Shown: positions 47,887 to 58,058 of the stretch, one piece after another
Layout of the letters: every line of letters begins with the position of its first letter
Numbering within the stretch: position 1 is the first letter of the stretch
Assembly (NCBI RefSeq): GCF_934617235.1
Contig: NZ_CAKTTZ010000007.1
Location: forward strand, 4,983 to 68,982
Reading direction: 5' to 3'
Origin: an uncultured Ellagibacter sp.
GTDB lineage: Bacteria; Actinomycetota; Coriobacteriia; Coriobacteriales; Eggerthellaceae
DNA: 64,000 nt
Made by a program: the position numbers and the translations under genes
The notes under the pieces: model-generated
The model's database searches: none
What the model saw: only the letters and a program-made list of their open reading frames with translations
What the model was told of the DNA's origin: nothing

Positions 47887-50646
47887 CTACTCCGTACGCT
47901 CGACCTCTTTGACGACGTAGCCTTCGATGGTATCGCCGACCTTGAGGTCCTGGTAACCGCTGATGCCGATACCGCACTCGTAACCCTGCTTGACCGTCTT
48001 GACGTCGTCCTTGAAGCGACGCAAGCTGGCGATTTCACCCTCGAAGACGACGGTGCCGTCGCGCACGATGCGCACCTTGTCCTCGCGATGAATCTCGCCG
48101 TCGGTGATGTAGCAACCGGCGATGGTGCCGACCTTGGGCACCTTGAAGGTCTCGCGGATCTCGGCAACACCGGTGTCTTCCTCGATGATATCGGGCGAGA
48201 GCAAACCGACGCGCGCAGCGTTGATGTCCTCGATCGCCTGATAGATGACGCGATACAGACGGATGTCGACCTTCTCCTTCTCAGCCTGCTGCTTGGACTT
48301 GCCGGTCGGGCGCACGTTGAAGCCGATGATGATGGCGTCGGAAGCCGCAGCGAGCGTAACGTCAGTTTCGGTGATACCGCCGACAGCAGAGTGCACGATG
48401 TTGATGCGCACCTCAGACTGATCCATCTTCTCAAAGGCGTCGCGCAAGGCTTCAATCGAGCCCTGAACGTCGGCCTTCACGATAAGGTTCAAGTCGGTCT
48501 GTTTGCCCTCTTCGATGCGGCTGAACAGATCATCCAAGCTCATGTGGGACTTGGTCTCCTGCTCGGCGAGGCGGGCACGCAGCGCACGTTCCTCAGCGAG
48601 CTTGCGAGCATCGCGCTCGTCTTCGAACACGCGGAATTCGTCGCCTGCCGTCGGGACGCTGTTCAAACCGAGAATCTCAACAGGATCGGCGGGGCCAGCG
48701 GAATCGACATGCTTGCCGCGCGGGTCAATGAGCGCACGAACGCGACCATAGGACGTGCCCGCCACAACGGTGTCGCCGGGATGCAGGGTTCCGCGATGGA
48801 TGAGCACGGTCGCAACCGGGCCGCGGCCCTTGTCGAGGTTCGCCTCGATGACGTAGCCGGAAGCCTCGGCATCGGGGTTCGCCTTGAGCTCAAGCACGTC
48901 AGCCTGGAGAAGAATCGTCTCGAGCAGGTCGTCGATGTGGAGCTTCTTTTTCGCGGAGACCTCGACGAACATGTTCTTGCCGCCCCACTCTTCGGGGATG
49001 ACGCCGTGCTCGACGAGTTCCTGGCGAACGCGGTCAGGGTTCGCGCCGGGCTTGTCGATCTTGTTCACCGCGACGACGATGGGCACATCCGCCGCCTTCG
49101 CGTGGTTGATTGCCTCGATGGTCTGCGGCATGACTCCGTCGTCGGCGGCAACGACGAGCACGATGACGTCGGTTACCTGGGCACCGCGGGCGCGCATGGC
49201 GGTAAACGCCTCGTGACCAGGGGTGTCGATGAAGGTAATCTGACGGCCGTCGATGTTGACAATCGATGCGCCGATGTGCTGGGTGATGCCGCCCGCTTCG
49301 CCCGCAGCGACGCCGGTGTGGCGGATTGCATCGAGCAACGAAGTCTTGCCGTGGTCGACGTGTCCCATAACGGTCACGACCGGCGGACGCGGCTTCAAGT
49401 CTTCCTCAGAGTCGTGGTACACGACGGCATATTCCTCTTCGGGCGAAACGACGCGCACCTTGCGACCCATGTCGTCAGCGATGAGCTCGATGAGGTCATC
49501 AGACATAGATTGCGTAAGCGTCAGCGCCTGACCGAGCATGAACAGACGCTTGATCACGTCGTTCGGCTGCACGCCGAGAAGCTCGGCGAACTTGGCAACG
49601 GTTGCACCCTGGGGAATCTCCACGACGGAATCGTCGAGCACGAGCGTGGGGTCGAGGCCCTTCTGGATGGCCTCCATCTCCATGCGCTCGCGAGCCTCGG
49701 CCTGACGCTTCTCCTTGCGCTTCTTGCGGCGACCCTCTCCCTCATGGGAGTTCGCGGCGGCGACGGCAGCACGCGCCTCAGCGAGCACCTTGTCGCGCTG
49801 GAGCTTTTCGGCCTGAACCGCCATCTGGGCATAACGATCTTCGCCCTGGCTCTGGTTTTGATTCTCGAGCTCGGGAACAACCTGCACGACGTTGCCGCGC
49901 TTGCCCTTCTTAGGACCGCGCTCACCCTTCGCGGGACGGTTGCCGCGCTCGGGCTTGGGCTTGTTGGCCTGCTCGGCCTTTTGTGCTTCGATGCGCTGCT
50001 TCTCGGACTCGATCTGGGAAAGCAGCGAGCTGAAGTTGGAAGACTTCTTGGCGGTGAGCACAGGCGCCGGGCCCTTGTGCTGCGTTGCGGGCTTGGAAGA
50101 CTTCTTGCCGCGGGAGCGCAGCGCTTCCTCGACAGCCTGTTTCTTCGCAACTTCTGCCGCCATCTTCGCCGCACGAGCCTTGGCGCGCGCTTCAGCCTTC
50201 TCGCGGGCAACACGCTCCTTCTCGGACTCGATCTGGCTCGCAAGACCCTCGAAACCGCTGCTCACAGGAGCCTTTTTCGGTTCATGCTTGGGCTTCTCGG
50301 CGCGGGCATCAGCCTCAGGCGCCTGGCCTTCGCGACGAGCACGCTCGGCTTCGCGCAGTGCACGTTCCTTCTCGACGGCAGCGCGGCGATTGGCCTCTTC
50401 CTCGGCCTTCTTGCGCTCTTCTTCCGCCTTCTCCTCGGCAAGCTGCTTAGCTTCCTCGGCATCGATCTTGCCAGCACGCTGCTTGATCTCGGGCGAAAGA
50501 TTCTTGCGAATCTTATCGACGTAGGCATCGGCAAGCATGCTCGCATGGCTTTTCGCCGGTATCTTCATCTCGTGCAACCGGTCGAGCAATTCCTTGCTCG
50601 TCATGTCGAATTCTTTCGCCAATTCATGTACTCGCATGCTGGCCAT
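47887..50646 (-). CDS. infB: Translation initiation factor IF-2
   Basis: [36 protein letters not shown]. Confidence 0.98.
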   Translation of the reverse strand: MASMRVHELAKEFDMTSKELLDRLHEMKIPAKSHASMLADAYVDKIRKNLSPEIKQRAGKIDAEEAKQLAEEKAEEERKKAEEEANRRAAVEKERALREAERARREGQAPEADARAEKPKHEPKKAPVSSGFEGLASQIESEKERVAREKAEARAKARAAKMAAEVAKKQAVEEALRSRGKKSSKPATQHKGPAPVLTAKKSSNFSSLLSQIESEKQRIEAQKAEQANKPKPERGNRPAKGERGPKKGKRGNVVQVVPELENQNQSQGEDRYAQMAVQAEKLQRDKVLAEARAAVAAANSHEGEGRRKKRKEKRQAEARERMEMEAIQKGLDPTLVLDDSVVEIPQGATVAKFAELLGVQPNDVIKRLFMLGQALTLTQSMSDDLIELIADDMGRKVRVVSPEEEYAVVYHDSEEDLKPRPPVVTVMGHVDHGKTSLLDAIRHTGVAAGEAGGITQHIGASIVNIDGRQITFIDTPGHEAFTAMRARGAQVTDVIVLVVAADDGVMPQTIEAINHAKAADVPIVVAVNKIDKPGANPDRVRQELVEHGVIPEEWGGKNMFVEVSAKKKLHIDDLLETILLQADVLELKANPDAEASGYVIEANLDKGRGPVATVLIHRGTLHPGDTVVAGTSYGRVRALIDPRGKHVDSAGPADPVEILGLNSVPTAGDEFRVFEDERDARKLAEERALRARLAEQETKSHMSLDDLFSRIEEGKQTDLNLIVKADVQGSIEALRDAFEKMDQSEVRINIVHSAVGGITETDVTLAAASDAIIIGFNVRPTGKSKQQAEKEKVDIRLYRVIYQAIEDINAARVGLLSPDIIEEDTGVAEIRETFKVPKVGTIAGCYITDGEIHREDKVRIVRDGTVVFEGEIASLRRFKDDVKTVKQGYECGIGISGYQDLKVGDTIEGYVVKEVERTE

Positions 50647-50658
50647 GTACCACTCCTC

Positions 50659-50955
50659 TTATTCTCTTCCGACGCAACGGCTCGTGTCGCGAGACATTTC
50701 GCCGGCGATGCGCTCTAAATCCTGCTCACCGAGCTTCGTGCGAAGGGCTCGGTCAAGTTTACCCGCCTTACGTGCAGCGGCAAAGCACTCCGCGGAGCAT
50801 ACATACGCACCGCGCCCGGGAGCGCGCCCCGAAGGGTCGAAGGACACGACACCTTCAGGCGAGCGAACGATGCGCAAAAGCGCGCGCTTCGAATCGGCTG
50901 TGCCGCAGGCAACGCACGTACGCTGCTTCTTCTTTGTCGGTGTCGTCTGTGCCAT
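50659..50955 (-). CDS. ylxR: YlxR (RnpM) family RNA-binding protein
   Basis: RTCVAC, LLRIVR, GRGAYVC; between nusA and infB. Confidence 0.9.
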   Translation of the reverse strand: MAQTTPTKKKQRTCVACGTADSKRALLRIVRSPEGVVSFDPSGRAPGRGAYVCSAECFAAARKAGKLDRALRTKLGEQDLERIAGEMSRDTSRCVGRE

Positions 50956-50981
50956 TGTACGCTCCCGCAATCCCTCTACGC

Positions 50982-52199
50982 TTATTCTGCGTCATCCAAA
51001 TCGGCATGGATACCGCAGAAACGGCTGTTGGGTCGTGCATGGTTGCGGCAGCGGTTGCCCTCTTCGTCCACAAAGGCGCACAAGCCCTCTTCATCCTCAT
51101 CGATTTCGTCCTCATCGATGAGGATATTCTCGTTGCGAAGGGGCGCGCCGGCAAAGCTAGCGCTCTTGATGTCGATATGCCAACCAGTCAGTCGCGCAGC
51201 AAGACGGGCATTCTGGCCCTCCTTGCCGATAGCGAGCGAAAGCTGGTCGTCGGGAACGACGACGGTCGCGTAGTTGTTCTCCTCGTCGATGATGACCTTC
51301 GTCACCTTCGCGGGCGAAAGCGCGTTTGCCACATAGACCGCTGGATCCTCGTTCCATTGAATGACGTCGACACGCTCGTTGCGCAGCTCCTCGACGACCA
51401 TGCGCACACGGCTGCCCTTCGGGCCAACGCATGCGCCGACCGGATCGAGGTTGCGCTCGCGGGAGGCGACGGCAACCTTGGAGCGGGCGCCAGGCTCGCG
51501 GGCGATCGACTTGATCTCGACCACACCGTCATAGATTTCGGGGACTTCGATCTCAAAGAGACGGCGGATGAGGTCGGGATGCGTGCGGGAAACGATGATG
51601 GACGGACGCGCCTGGTCACCGCGAGCCTTGGGAAGGTCGCTTGCAGGGTCGCGCACGTCGATGATCAGCACCTTCAGTCGCTGGTTGTGGCGGTAGTGCT
51701 CGTTGTTCGGGCGCTCGTTACGCTCGTTGGGGAGACGTTTCAAGTCGTAATGAGGAAGCTCAGCTTCGACACCGTCGCGAATCTTGATGATGGTGAAATC
51801 GGGCGTGCCCTGGAGCACGGTACCTGTCACCAGGTCGCCCACACGATGCGAGAACTCCTGGTAGATGGACTGACGCCCCGCCTCGCGGACGATCGTGGAG
51901 ATGACGCTCTTGGCGTTTTGCGCAGCGATACGACTCACGTCGTCGGGCGTCACGTCGCGCTCGGTGAACTCGGAATACTCACCGGTCTCCGGGTCGGGTT
52001 CCCCAACGGGGACAAGCTCGTACACGTAGATCTTGCCCGTCTGGCGGTCGATGGTGACGCGAGCGTCCCATTCGAGGTCGAGAATATGCTGATAGCTTTT
52101 AGCGAGCGAAGCCTCCAAGCGCTCGATCAGGTAGAACTCGTCGATTTTGCGTTCGTGAGCGAGAGCCTGCAGCGCTTCGATCAGTTCAGAGTTAGCCAC
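50982..52199 (-). CDS. nusA: Transcription factor NusA
   Basis: [40 protein letters not shown]. Confidence 0.97.
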   Translation of the reverse strand: MANSELIEALQALAHERKIDEFYLIERLEASLAKSYQHILDLEWDARVTIDRQTGKIYVYELVPVGEPDPETGEYSEFTERDVTPDDVSRIAAQNAKSVISTIVREAGRQSIYQEFSHRVGDLVTGTVLQGTPDFTIIKIRDGVEAELPHYDLKRLPNERNERPNNEHYRHNQRLKVLIIDVRDPASDLPKARGDQARPSIIVSRTHPDLIRRLFEIEVPEIYDGVVEIKSIAREPGARSKVAVASRERNLDPVGACVGPKGSRVRMVVEELRNERVDVIQWNEDPAVYVANALSPAKVTKVIIDEENNYATVVVPDDQLSLAIGKEGQNARLAARLTGWHIDIKSASFAGAPLRNENILIDEDEIDEDEEGLCAFVDEEGNRCRNHARPNSRFCGIHADLDDAE

Positions 52200-52217
52200 G
52201 TCTGGTCGCTTCCTTTC

Positions 52218-52685
52218 TTAGCTGAAGTCTACAGCGCCCACCACATGGGCGCGTTTGATGAGCGAGTAATCGATAGCGATGCGCGAACCGTCGATCTCGA
52301 CGAGCACGTCATCGCCTTCCATGCCTTCGAGCATGCCGGTGAATGAGCTGCGTCCGTCGATAGGAGACGACGTTTTCACCACAACCTGCTCGCCAGAGAA
52401 ACGGGTGAAGTGCTCCTTCGTTCGAAGGGGCCTATCTATTCCAGGAGAGGAAACCTCAAGCATGTAGGCACCAGGGAACGGATCGATCTCGTCCATGATG
52501 CGGTTGATCCATACCTGGGCGCTCGCGAGCTCGTCGAAGCTCACACCCTCGTCGGTGTCGATGAAGACGCGAATCGTCGGAGCCTTCTTCGACCCCATGA
52601 TTTCAAGGGACACGATTTCGACCCCGCTGGCCTTAGCTGTGGGCTCGAGCGCATCGAGCAGTTTCTGTTCTTTGGCGGTGAGCAT
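52218..52685 (-). CDS. rimP: Ribosome maturation factor RimP
   Basis: IRVFID, YMLEVSSPGIDRPL. Confidence 0.96.
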   Translation of the reverse strand: MLTAKEQKLLDALEPTAKASGVEIVSLEIMGSKKAPTIRVFIDTDEGVSFDELASAQVWINRIMDEIDPFPGAYMLEVSSPGIDRPLRTKEHFTRFSGEQVVVKTSSPIDGRSSFTGMLEGMEGDDVLVEIDGSRIAIDYSLIKRAHVVGAVDFS

Positions 52686-52751
52686 GTCGCCTCCTTCCTA
52701 TGACGTATTCGTTGCACGCTTTCGTTGCAGAGCGGTGTTTTCGCCCCAACA

Positions 52752-52785
52752 TACAAAGAAAGCGGGACGAAGCCCACTTTCTCAA
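52752..52785 (-). promoter_or_regulatory. rimP/nusA leader attenuator hairpin
   Basis: AGAAAGTGGG-CTTCGT-CCCGCTTTCT then TTGTAT; resembles the conserved rimP leader; TGGTATAAA extended -10 at about 52828-52836. Confidence 0.7.
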
Positions 52786-53013
52786 AGAAGCGAAAGTATG
52801 ATGCGCACCGCTGTGCACAGTACATTATTTATACCACAGAAAGGGAAGTTTTGGCTAGCGAGAAGCTTCGCATCGCGCAAGTTCGCCACAATCCAGCGGC
52901 AAGCGGCACGGCAAGTAGGGAAGCATTCGCCGCGTCGCTCCCCTGTTTTCGAACATTCGTGTCGCATGGGAGCTCGCCTTTGCTCAAAGTACTTGCCGCC
53001 ACGCTTATGCGCC

Positions 53014-53919
53014 TTACCCCCACATGCGAACCTCGGGTTCGAGCATAACGCCCGAGTCCTCGAACACGCGGCGCTGCACCTCGGCGATGAGCGACTGCAC
53101 ATCGGCCGCCGTCGCATCGCCAGCATTCACGACAAACCCTGTGTGCTTGGTGGAAACCTGAGCTCCGCCAACCGAAAGGCCCCCAAGCCCCGCCTGATCG
53201 ATGAGCGCCGCAGCAAAATAGCCCTCCGGGCGCTTGAAGGTGCTTCCAGCAGAAGGCATATCGATCGGCTGCTTCGCCTCGCGCTTGCTCGTAAGCTCGT
53301 CCATACGCGCGCGGATGTCCTCCTCGGGTGCAGGGGAAAGCTCGAGGGTCGCAGCAACCACGACGTAGCGCGCGGCGTCGAACATGCTGTGACGGTACGA
53401 CCATTCTGTCTCATCGCGAGGCACTTCCACGATGCGTCCCTCGGGGGTTACGCACGTGACCCGCACACACACCTGCGAGAATTCGCCGTCATAGGCGCCG
53501 GCGTTCATGATCGCGGCGCCGCCTATGGTGCCCGGGATGCCGCATGCGAACTCGTATCCCGAAAGACCCGCCGCCCGCGCCGCCTCGGCGACGTCCGCGT
53601 TCGTGGCGCCTGCTTCCGCAACGATGCGGGAGCCCTCGACGCGGATCGAAGAGAGATTGTCGCGAACCTCGATCACCACGCCGTCGACACCCTCGTCGGA
53701 TACGAGCAAATCGCTTCCGCAACCGAGGACGCGCCAAGGTTCGCCCGCCTGCTCGCACGCAAGCACAACCTGCGACACTTCCGCAACGCTGCAGGGCGAG
53801 ACGAACAGCTCGGCAGGGCCTCCGATCTTGAACGTGGTGTGGAGCGAAAGCGGCTCCGATAGGCGCACATTCGCCTTGCCAACGATGTCAGCAAGCCTCT
53901 CTGTCAGCGATTGATCCAT
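53014..53919 (-). CDS. murB: UDP-N-acetylenolpyruvoylglucosamine reductase
   Basis: HTTFKIGGPA, GIPGTIGGA.IMNAGAY, PSAGSTFK, LEPEV; ATG 53919. Confidence 0.96.
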   Translation of the reverse strand: MDQSLTERLADIVGKANVRLSEPLSLHTTFKIGGPAELFVSPCSVAEVSQVVLACEQAGEPWRVLGCGSDLLVSDEGVDGVVIEVRDNLSSIRVEGSRIVAEAGATNADVAEAARAAGLSGYEFACGIPGTIGGAAIMNAGAYDGEFSQVCVRVTCVTPEGRIVEVPRDETEWSYRHSMFDAARYVVVAATLELSPAPEEDIRARMDELTSKREAKQPIDMPSAGSTFKRPEGYFAAALIDQAGLGGLSVGGAQVSTKHTGFVVNAGDATAADVQSLIAEVQRRVFEDSGVMLEPEVRMWG

Positions 53920-54046
53920 CTTCGCGTCCTTTCCTTTCAAAATCCGATGCGGCAGCGATTGGGGCCGCGAGGGGCTGGGCAAGGGCCGTTAGCAAAAGCG
54001 GCGCCCGAGATGAGCGCCGCCGATGAGCAGAACAAACGCCCGAAAG

Positions 54047-55582
54047 CTACTTCTGCTGATGCTCCTTCTTATGGTTCAGCAGGCGGTTCAAAGCATTGAC
54101 ATAGGCGCGCGCCGAGGACACGACGATATCGTTGTCGGCGCCGCGGCCAGAATACACTTCCCCATCGGGAGCGGTAACGCGAATGGTCACCTCGCCGAGC
54201 GCGTCAATGCCGCGCGTCACACTCTGCACCGAGAACTCAGTCAAGTCGTTTTCAACCTGGACGATCTTGTTGACCGCCTTGTACATGGCGTCAATCGGAC
54301 CGGTGCCGAAATCGCACGCGGTGACAACCTGATCGGCCTGATTGCGCAGGGTGACCGTAGCCGTCGGGATCATGTCGGTACCGCAAGATATCTGCACGCC
54401 CTCGAGCAGGTACACGGCGCTCACCTGACGATCGCGCTCGTGGATAAGGCTTTCGAGATCCTCGTCGTAGACTTCCTTCTTCTTGTCAGCAAGGTTCAAG
54501 AAGTCCTCGTAGATCTTGTCGAGCGCCTCGCCCTCGAACTCGTAGCCAAGCTCCTCGAGGCGATGCTTCAGAGCCGCATGGCCGCTGCGGGCAGTAAGCA
54601 CAATCTGGCTCTGACCAGCCCCAACGTCGGCAGGATCGATGATCTCGTAGGTATCGCGCTTTTTAAGCACGCCGTCTTGGTGGATGCCCGAAGAATGCGC
54701 GAACGCGTTCGCACCGACGATAGCCTTGTTCGCCTGGACGTTCATGCCGGTGATGGAGGACACAAGGCGGCTTGCCTTGGTGAATTCCCTCGTGTTGATG
54801 TCGGTATGCGCGTTGAGTTCTTCGCCATGCATGCGGATGCCCATCACGACTTCCTCGAGCGCGGTGTTGCCCGCACGCTCGCCAAGGCCGTTGATGGTGC
54901 ACTCGACCTGGGTCGCGCCGTTCTTCACGCCTTCAAGCGCAAGCGCCGTCGCCATACCGAGGTCGTTGTGGCAGTGAACCGAGACCGTGACGTTCTCGAT
55001 GCCGCGGACGTTCTCCATAAGATACGCGATGCGGCGGCCGAATTCGGCGGGAAGCGAGTAGCCTGTGGTGTCGGGGATGTTGACGACCGTTGCGCCCGCA
55101 TCGACGACTCGCTGGATGACCTTCGCGAGGAACTCATAGTCCGAACGACCTGCATCTTCGGCGTAGAACTGCACGTCGTTCATATATTTCTTGGCATAGC
55201 GCACGCAATGTTCCGCACGCTCGAGGCACTCGTCCTCGGTAATGTGCAGCTTGTCGTGCAGATGGCTCGGGCTCACGCCGAGACCCGTGTGGATGCGTGG
55301 GCGCTTCGCGTATTTGAGCGCCTCGGCAGCGCGGTCGATGTCCTTCTCGACAGCGCGCGTGAGACCGACGACCGTCGCATCGTCGCCAGCGAGCTCGGCG
55401 ATCCGGCGAACGCTCTCGAAATCACCGGGGCTAGAAATGGGGAAACCCGCCTCGATCACGTCGACCTTCATGCGTAGTAGCTGACGCGCGACCACCAGTT
55501 TTTCTTCCGTGTTCATGGAGGCGCCCGGCGACTGCTCGCCGTCGCGCAACGTGGTGTCAAAAATATCGATCTTGCGCGTCAT
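54047..55582 (-). CDS. leuA: 2-isopropylmalate synthase
   Basis: [35 protein letters not shown] and regulatory C-terminal domain; ATG 55582. Confidence 0.95.
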   Translation of the reverse strand: MTRKIDIFDTTLRDGEQSPGASMNTEEKLVVARQLLRMKVDVIEAGFPISSPGDFESVRRIAELAGDDATVVGLTRAVEKDIDRAAEALKYAKRPRIHTGLGVSPSHLHDKLHITEDECLERAEHCVRYAKKYMNDVQFYAEDAGRSDYEFLAKVIQRVVDAGATVVNIPDTTGYSLPAEFGRRIAYLMENVRGIENVTVSVHCHNDLGMATALALEGVKNGATQVECTINGLGERAGNTALEEVVMGIRMHGEELNAHTDINTREFTKASRLVSSITGMNVQANKAIVGANAFAHSSGIHQDGVLKKRDTYEIIDPADVGAGQSQIVLTARSGHAALKHRLEELGYEFEGEALDKIYEDFLNLADKKKEVYDEDLESLIHERDRQVSAVYLLEGVQISCGTDMIPTATVTLRNQADQVVTACDFGTGPIDAMYKAVNKIVQVENDLTEFSVQSVTRGIDALGEVTIRVTAPDGEVYSGRGADNDIVVSSARAYVNALNRLLNHKKEHQQK

Positions 55583-55654
55583 TTCGTTGTTCCTTTCTAA
55601 AACGCTTGCGGTCTTATACCGCGGCGAACATTTTAGCGCAGGCGCTTCGTCTCG

Positions 55655-55706
55655 AAGAAAAGAAGGGCCGCTGCCCTCGGGTTTCCCCGAAATCGGCAAC
55701 GACCCT
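55655..55706 (-). terminator. Terminator after topoisomerase A-subunit gene
   Basis: Minus strand AGGGTCGTTGCC...GGCAGCGGCCCT stem then TCTTTTCTT. Confidence 0.65.
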
Positions 55707-55735
55707 CCACATTTTTTCCTAGAAACCAGGTCGTG

Positions 55736-57985
55736 TTATTCCCCCAAGTCGAACAGGCTCCTCATGTCCGTCTCTTTCATCGATGCGCCCGCTGACGGGA
55801 GACTTTGAGCGCGGAATTTCTCAAGCGGCGCCTCCCCGCCCAAGAACTCTTCCGCCTTGCCTACCATGGTCACCGCTCGATTTCCCTTGGCGGTGAACGC
55901 CTGGACACCCTGCGTGTTGTTGGTGGTCTTCGTGCGCAAAAGCGAGGTGCTGAAGTTCACGAGACGATAGTCGCTCGACACGAGTGCCAAGTCGCGGTCT
56001 TCCTTCAGCACCGTAGCGTACAATAGCTTGGCTCCGCCGTAAATCGCGTTCTTCAAGCGCTTGCGATTCGTCTTGGTGGCGTAGCCCGAAAGCGCGACGC
56101 GCGCGACGCGGCCGTTCTCGAAGACGAACAGGACGTCGGCCGTATAGTCTTCAGGGTCGATGACCCAGATCACAGACTCATCGTCATCCATTTCCAAGTC
56201 GGTAGGCAGATACGACCCCAACTGAGCGGACTTGGTATCTTCGAATGCTGCGACCTTGCATTTATACACCTGGCACAGGTTAGTGAACACAAGCAAGTCG
56301 TGCGTATTAGAGGAGTCGAACTCGATAAAGGGCTCGTCGCCGTCTTTGTACTTCAGCGTCGCAGCCTTTCGCAACACGCGCTCGGTCATCTTCTTCAGAT
56401 AGCCGTCGCGCGAGAGCATCATGGTCACGGGATATTCCTCGACCTCGGGCTCGAGGTTCACCTCGACGATCTCGGAAGGCGCAATAAGGCCGGTCTTGCG
56501 CGGCATGGCGTGTTTCTTGTTCACCGCGGCCAGCTCATCGTGGATGACATCCTTGATCTTCTTCTCGCTGGCGAGGATATCGTTGAGCTCGGCGATGTCG
56601 CCTACGAGTTTCTCGATATCCCTCGTGCGGTTCAGGATGTATTCCTCGTTGATGTTGCGCAGCTTGATTTCCGCTACGAACTCTGCCTGGACCTGGTCGA
56701 TCTTAAAGCCCTTCATAAGGTTGGGCACAACCTCGGCTTCGAGTTTCGTGCCGCGGATGATTGCGATTGCCTTGTCGATGTCGAGCAAGATCGCCTCAAG
56801 ACCGTGCAGCAGATGCAAGCGGTCGGTCTTCTTCTCCAGATCGAAGCGCATGCGGCGACGGGTCGACTCGACGCGCCACGCAACCCACTCGCCCAAGATC
56901 TCGCGCACGCCCATAACGCGCGGGTAACCGTCGACCAGCACGTTGAAGTTGCACGAGAACGAGTCCTGCAACGTGGTGGAGCGGAAAAGCTTCGCCATGA
57001 GCTGCTCGGGATCGACTCCCCTCTTCAAATCGATTGCGATACGCAGACCGGAAAGGTCGGTCTCGTCGCGAATATCGGCGATTTCGCGCACTTTACCCTC
57101 CTTGGAGAGCTTCACGATGCGCTCGATGATGACGTCGGTTTTGGTTGTGTACGGAATCTCGTACACCTCGATGATGCGCTCATCCGGCAGGTAGCGCCAA
57201 CGCGAACGGATCTGGAAGCTGCCAGTGCCGGTGTTGAAGATGCGCTCCATCTCCTCGCGGCGGTAGATGATTTCGCCGCCAGTGGAGAAATCGGGCGCGG
57301 GCATGTATTCCAGCAGATCACAGTCAGGGTCACGAAGAAAATGCATGGTCGCCGTGCACACTTCGTTCAAGTTGAAGCCGCAGATGTCGGAGGCCATGGC
57401 AACGCCGATGCCCTTGTTTGCCGACACGAGGATATTGGGGAACGTGGTGGGAAGAAGGCGCGGCTCCTTCATGGCGCCATCGTAGCTGTCCACGAAATCG
57501 ACCGGGTCCTTATCGATATCCTTGAAGATCTCGGCGCAGATCGGCGAGAGCTTGGCCTCGGTGTAGCGCGATGCCGCATAGCTCAAGTCGCCGGAATAGT
57601 ACTTGCCGAAGTTGCCCTTGGACTCGACGAAGGGCGCCAGAAGCGCCTCATTGCCCGTGGCGAGGCGCACCATGGTCTCGTAAATGGCGGAATCACCGTG
57701 CGGGTTGAGCTTCATGGTTTGGCCAACGATGTTCGCGCTCTTCTGGCGGGCACCGTTCAAAAGCCCCATCTTGTACATGGTGTAGAGGAGCTTTCGATGC
57801 GACGGCTTGAAACCGTCGATTTCCGGGAAGGCACGCGATACGTTAGTGGACATGGCATAGGGCATGTAGTTCTGCTCGAGCGTCTGCGTGATAGGCTGCT
57901 CCGTGACCTCGGAGTGCAGACCGATCACGTTGGGATTGTCCACGTGCTTTTTCTTCGGTGCAGTTTTAGTTTTCTTCTTTGCCAC
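55736..57985 (-). CDS. Type IIA topoisomerase subunit A (ParC/GyrA-like, divergent)
   Basis: DGFKPSHR, PHGDSAIYET, AASRYTE catalytic Tyr, APDFSTGG; short CTD, no GyrA box seen; GTG 57985. Confidence 0.9.
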   Translation of the reverse strand: MAKKKTKTAPKKKHVDNPNVIGLHSEVTEQPITQTLEQNYMPYAMSTNVSRAFPEIDGFKPSHRKLLYTMYKMGLLNGARQKSANIVGQTMKLNPHGDSAIYETMVRLATGNEALLAPFVESKGNFGKYYSGDLSYAASRYTEAKLSPICAEIFKDIDKDPVDFVDSYDGAMKEPRLLPTTFPNILVSANKGIGVAMASDICGFNLNEVCTATMHFLRDPDCDLLEYMPAPDFSTGGEIIYRREEMERIFNTGTGSFQIRSRWRYLPDERIIEVYEIPYTTKTDVIIERIVKLSKEGKVREIADIRDETDLSGLRIAIDLKRGVDPEQLMAKLFRSTTLQDSFSCNFNVLVDGYPRVMGVREILGEWVAWRVESTRRRMRFDLEKKTDRLHLLHGLEAILLDIDKAIAIIRGTKLEAEVVPNLMKGFKIDQVQAEFVAEIKLRNINEEYILNRTRDIEKLVGDIAELNDILASEKKIKDVIHDELAAVNKKHAMPRKTGLIAPSEIVEVNLEPEVEEYPVTMMLSRDGYLKKMTERVLRKAATLKYKDGDEPFIEFDSSNTHDLLVFTNLCQVYKCKVAAFEDTKSAQLGSYLPTDLEMDDDESVIWVIDPEDYTADVLFVFENGRVARVALSGYATKTNRKRLKNAIYGGAKLLYATVLKEDRDLALVSSDYRLVNFSTSLLRTKTTNNTQGVQAFTAKGNRAVTMVGKAEEFLGGEAPLEKFRAQSLPSAGASMKETDMRSLFDLGE

Positions 57986-58058
57986 GGTTTCCCCTTGGTG
58001 CGTATTTTTAAGGCCCACCTATCGAAGCGGGCGGCAGTTCGAGCGTTTATTACTAGCG

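Noticed and set aside
47488..50718. 1076-aa plus-strand ORF, and similar long antisense ORFs over hyfG, fdhF, acs, the ATPase, leuA, the topoisomerase and serA
   Set aside because: Shadow frames of high-GC genes; no recognisable motifs and fully antisense to confident genes
55583..55735. leuA leader peptide or T-box
   Set aside because: No Leu-rich mini-ORF or T-box motif seen; the hairpin fits the upstream gene's terminator
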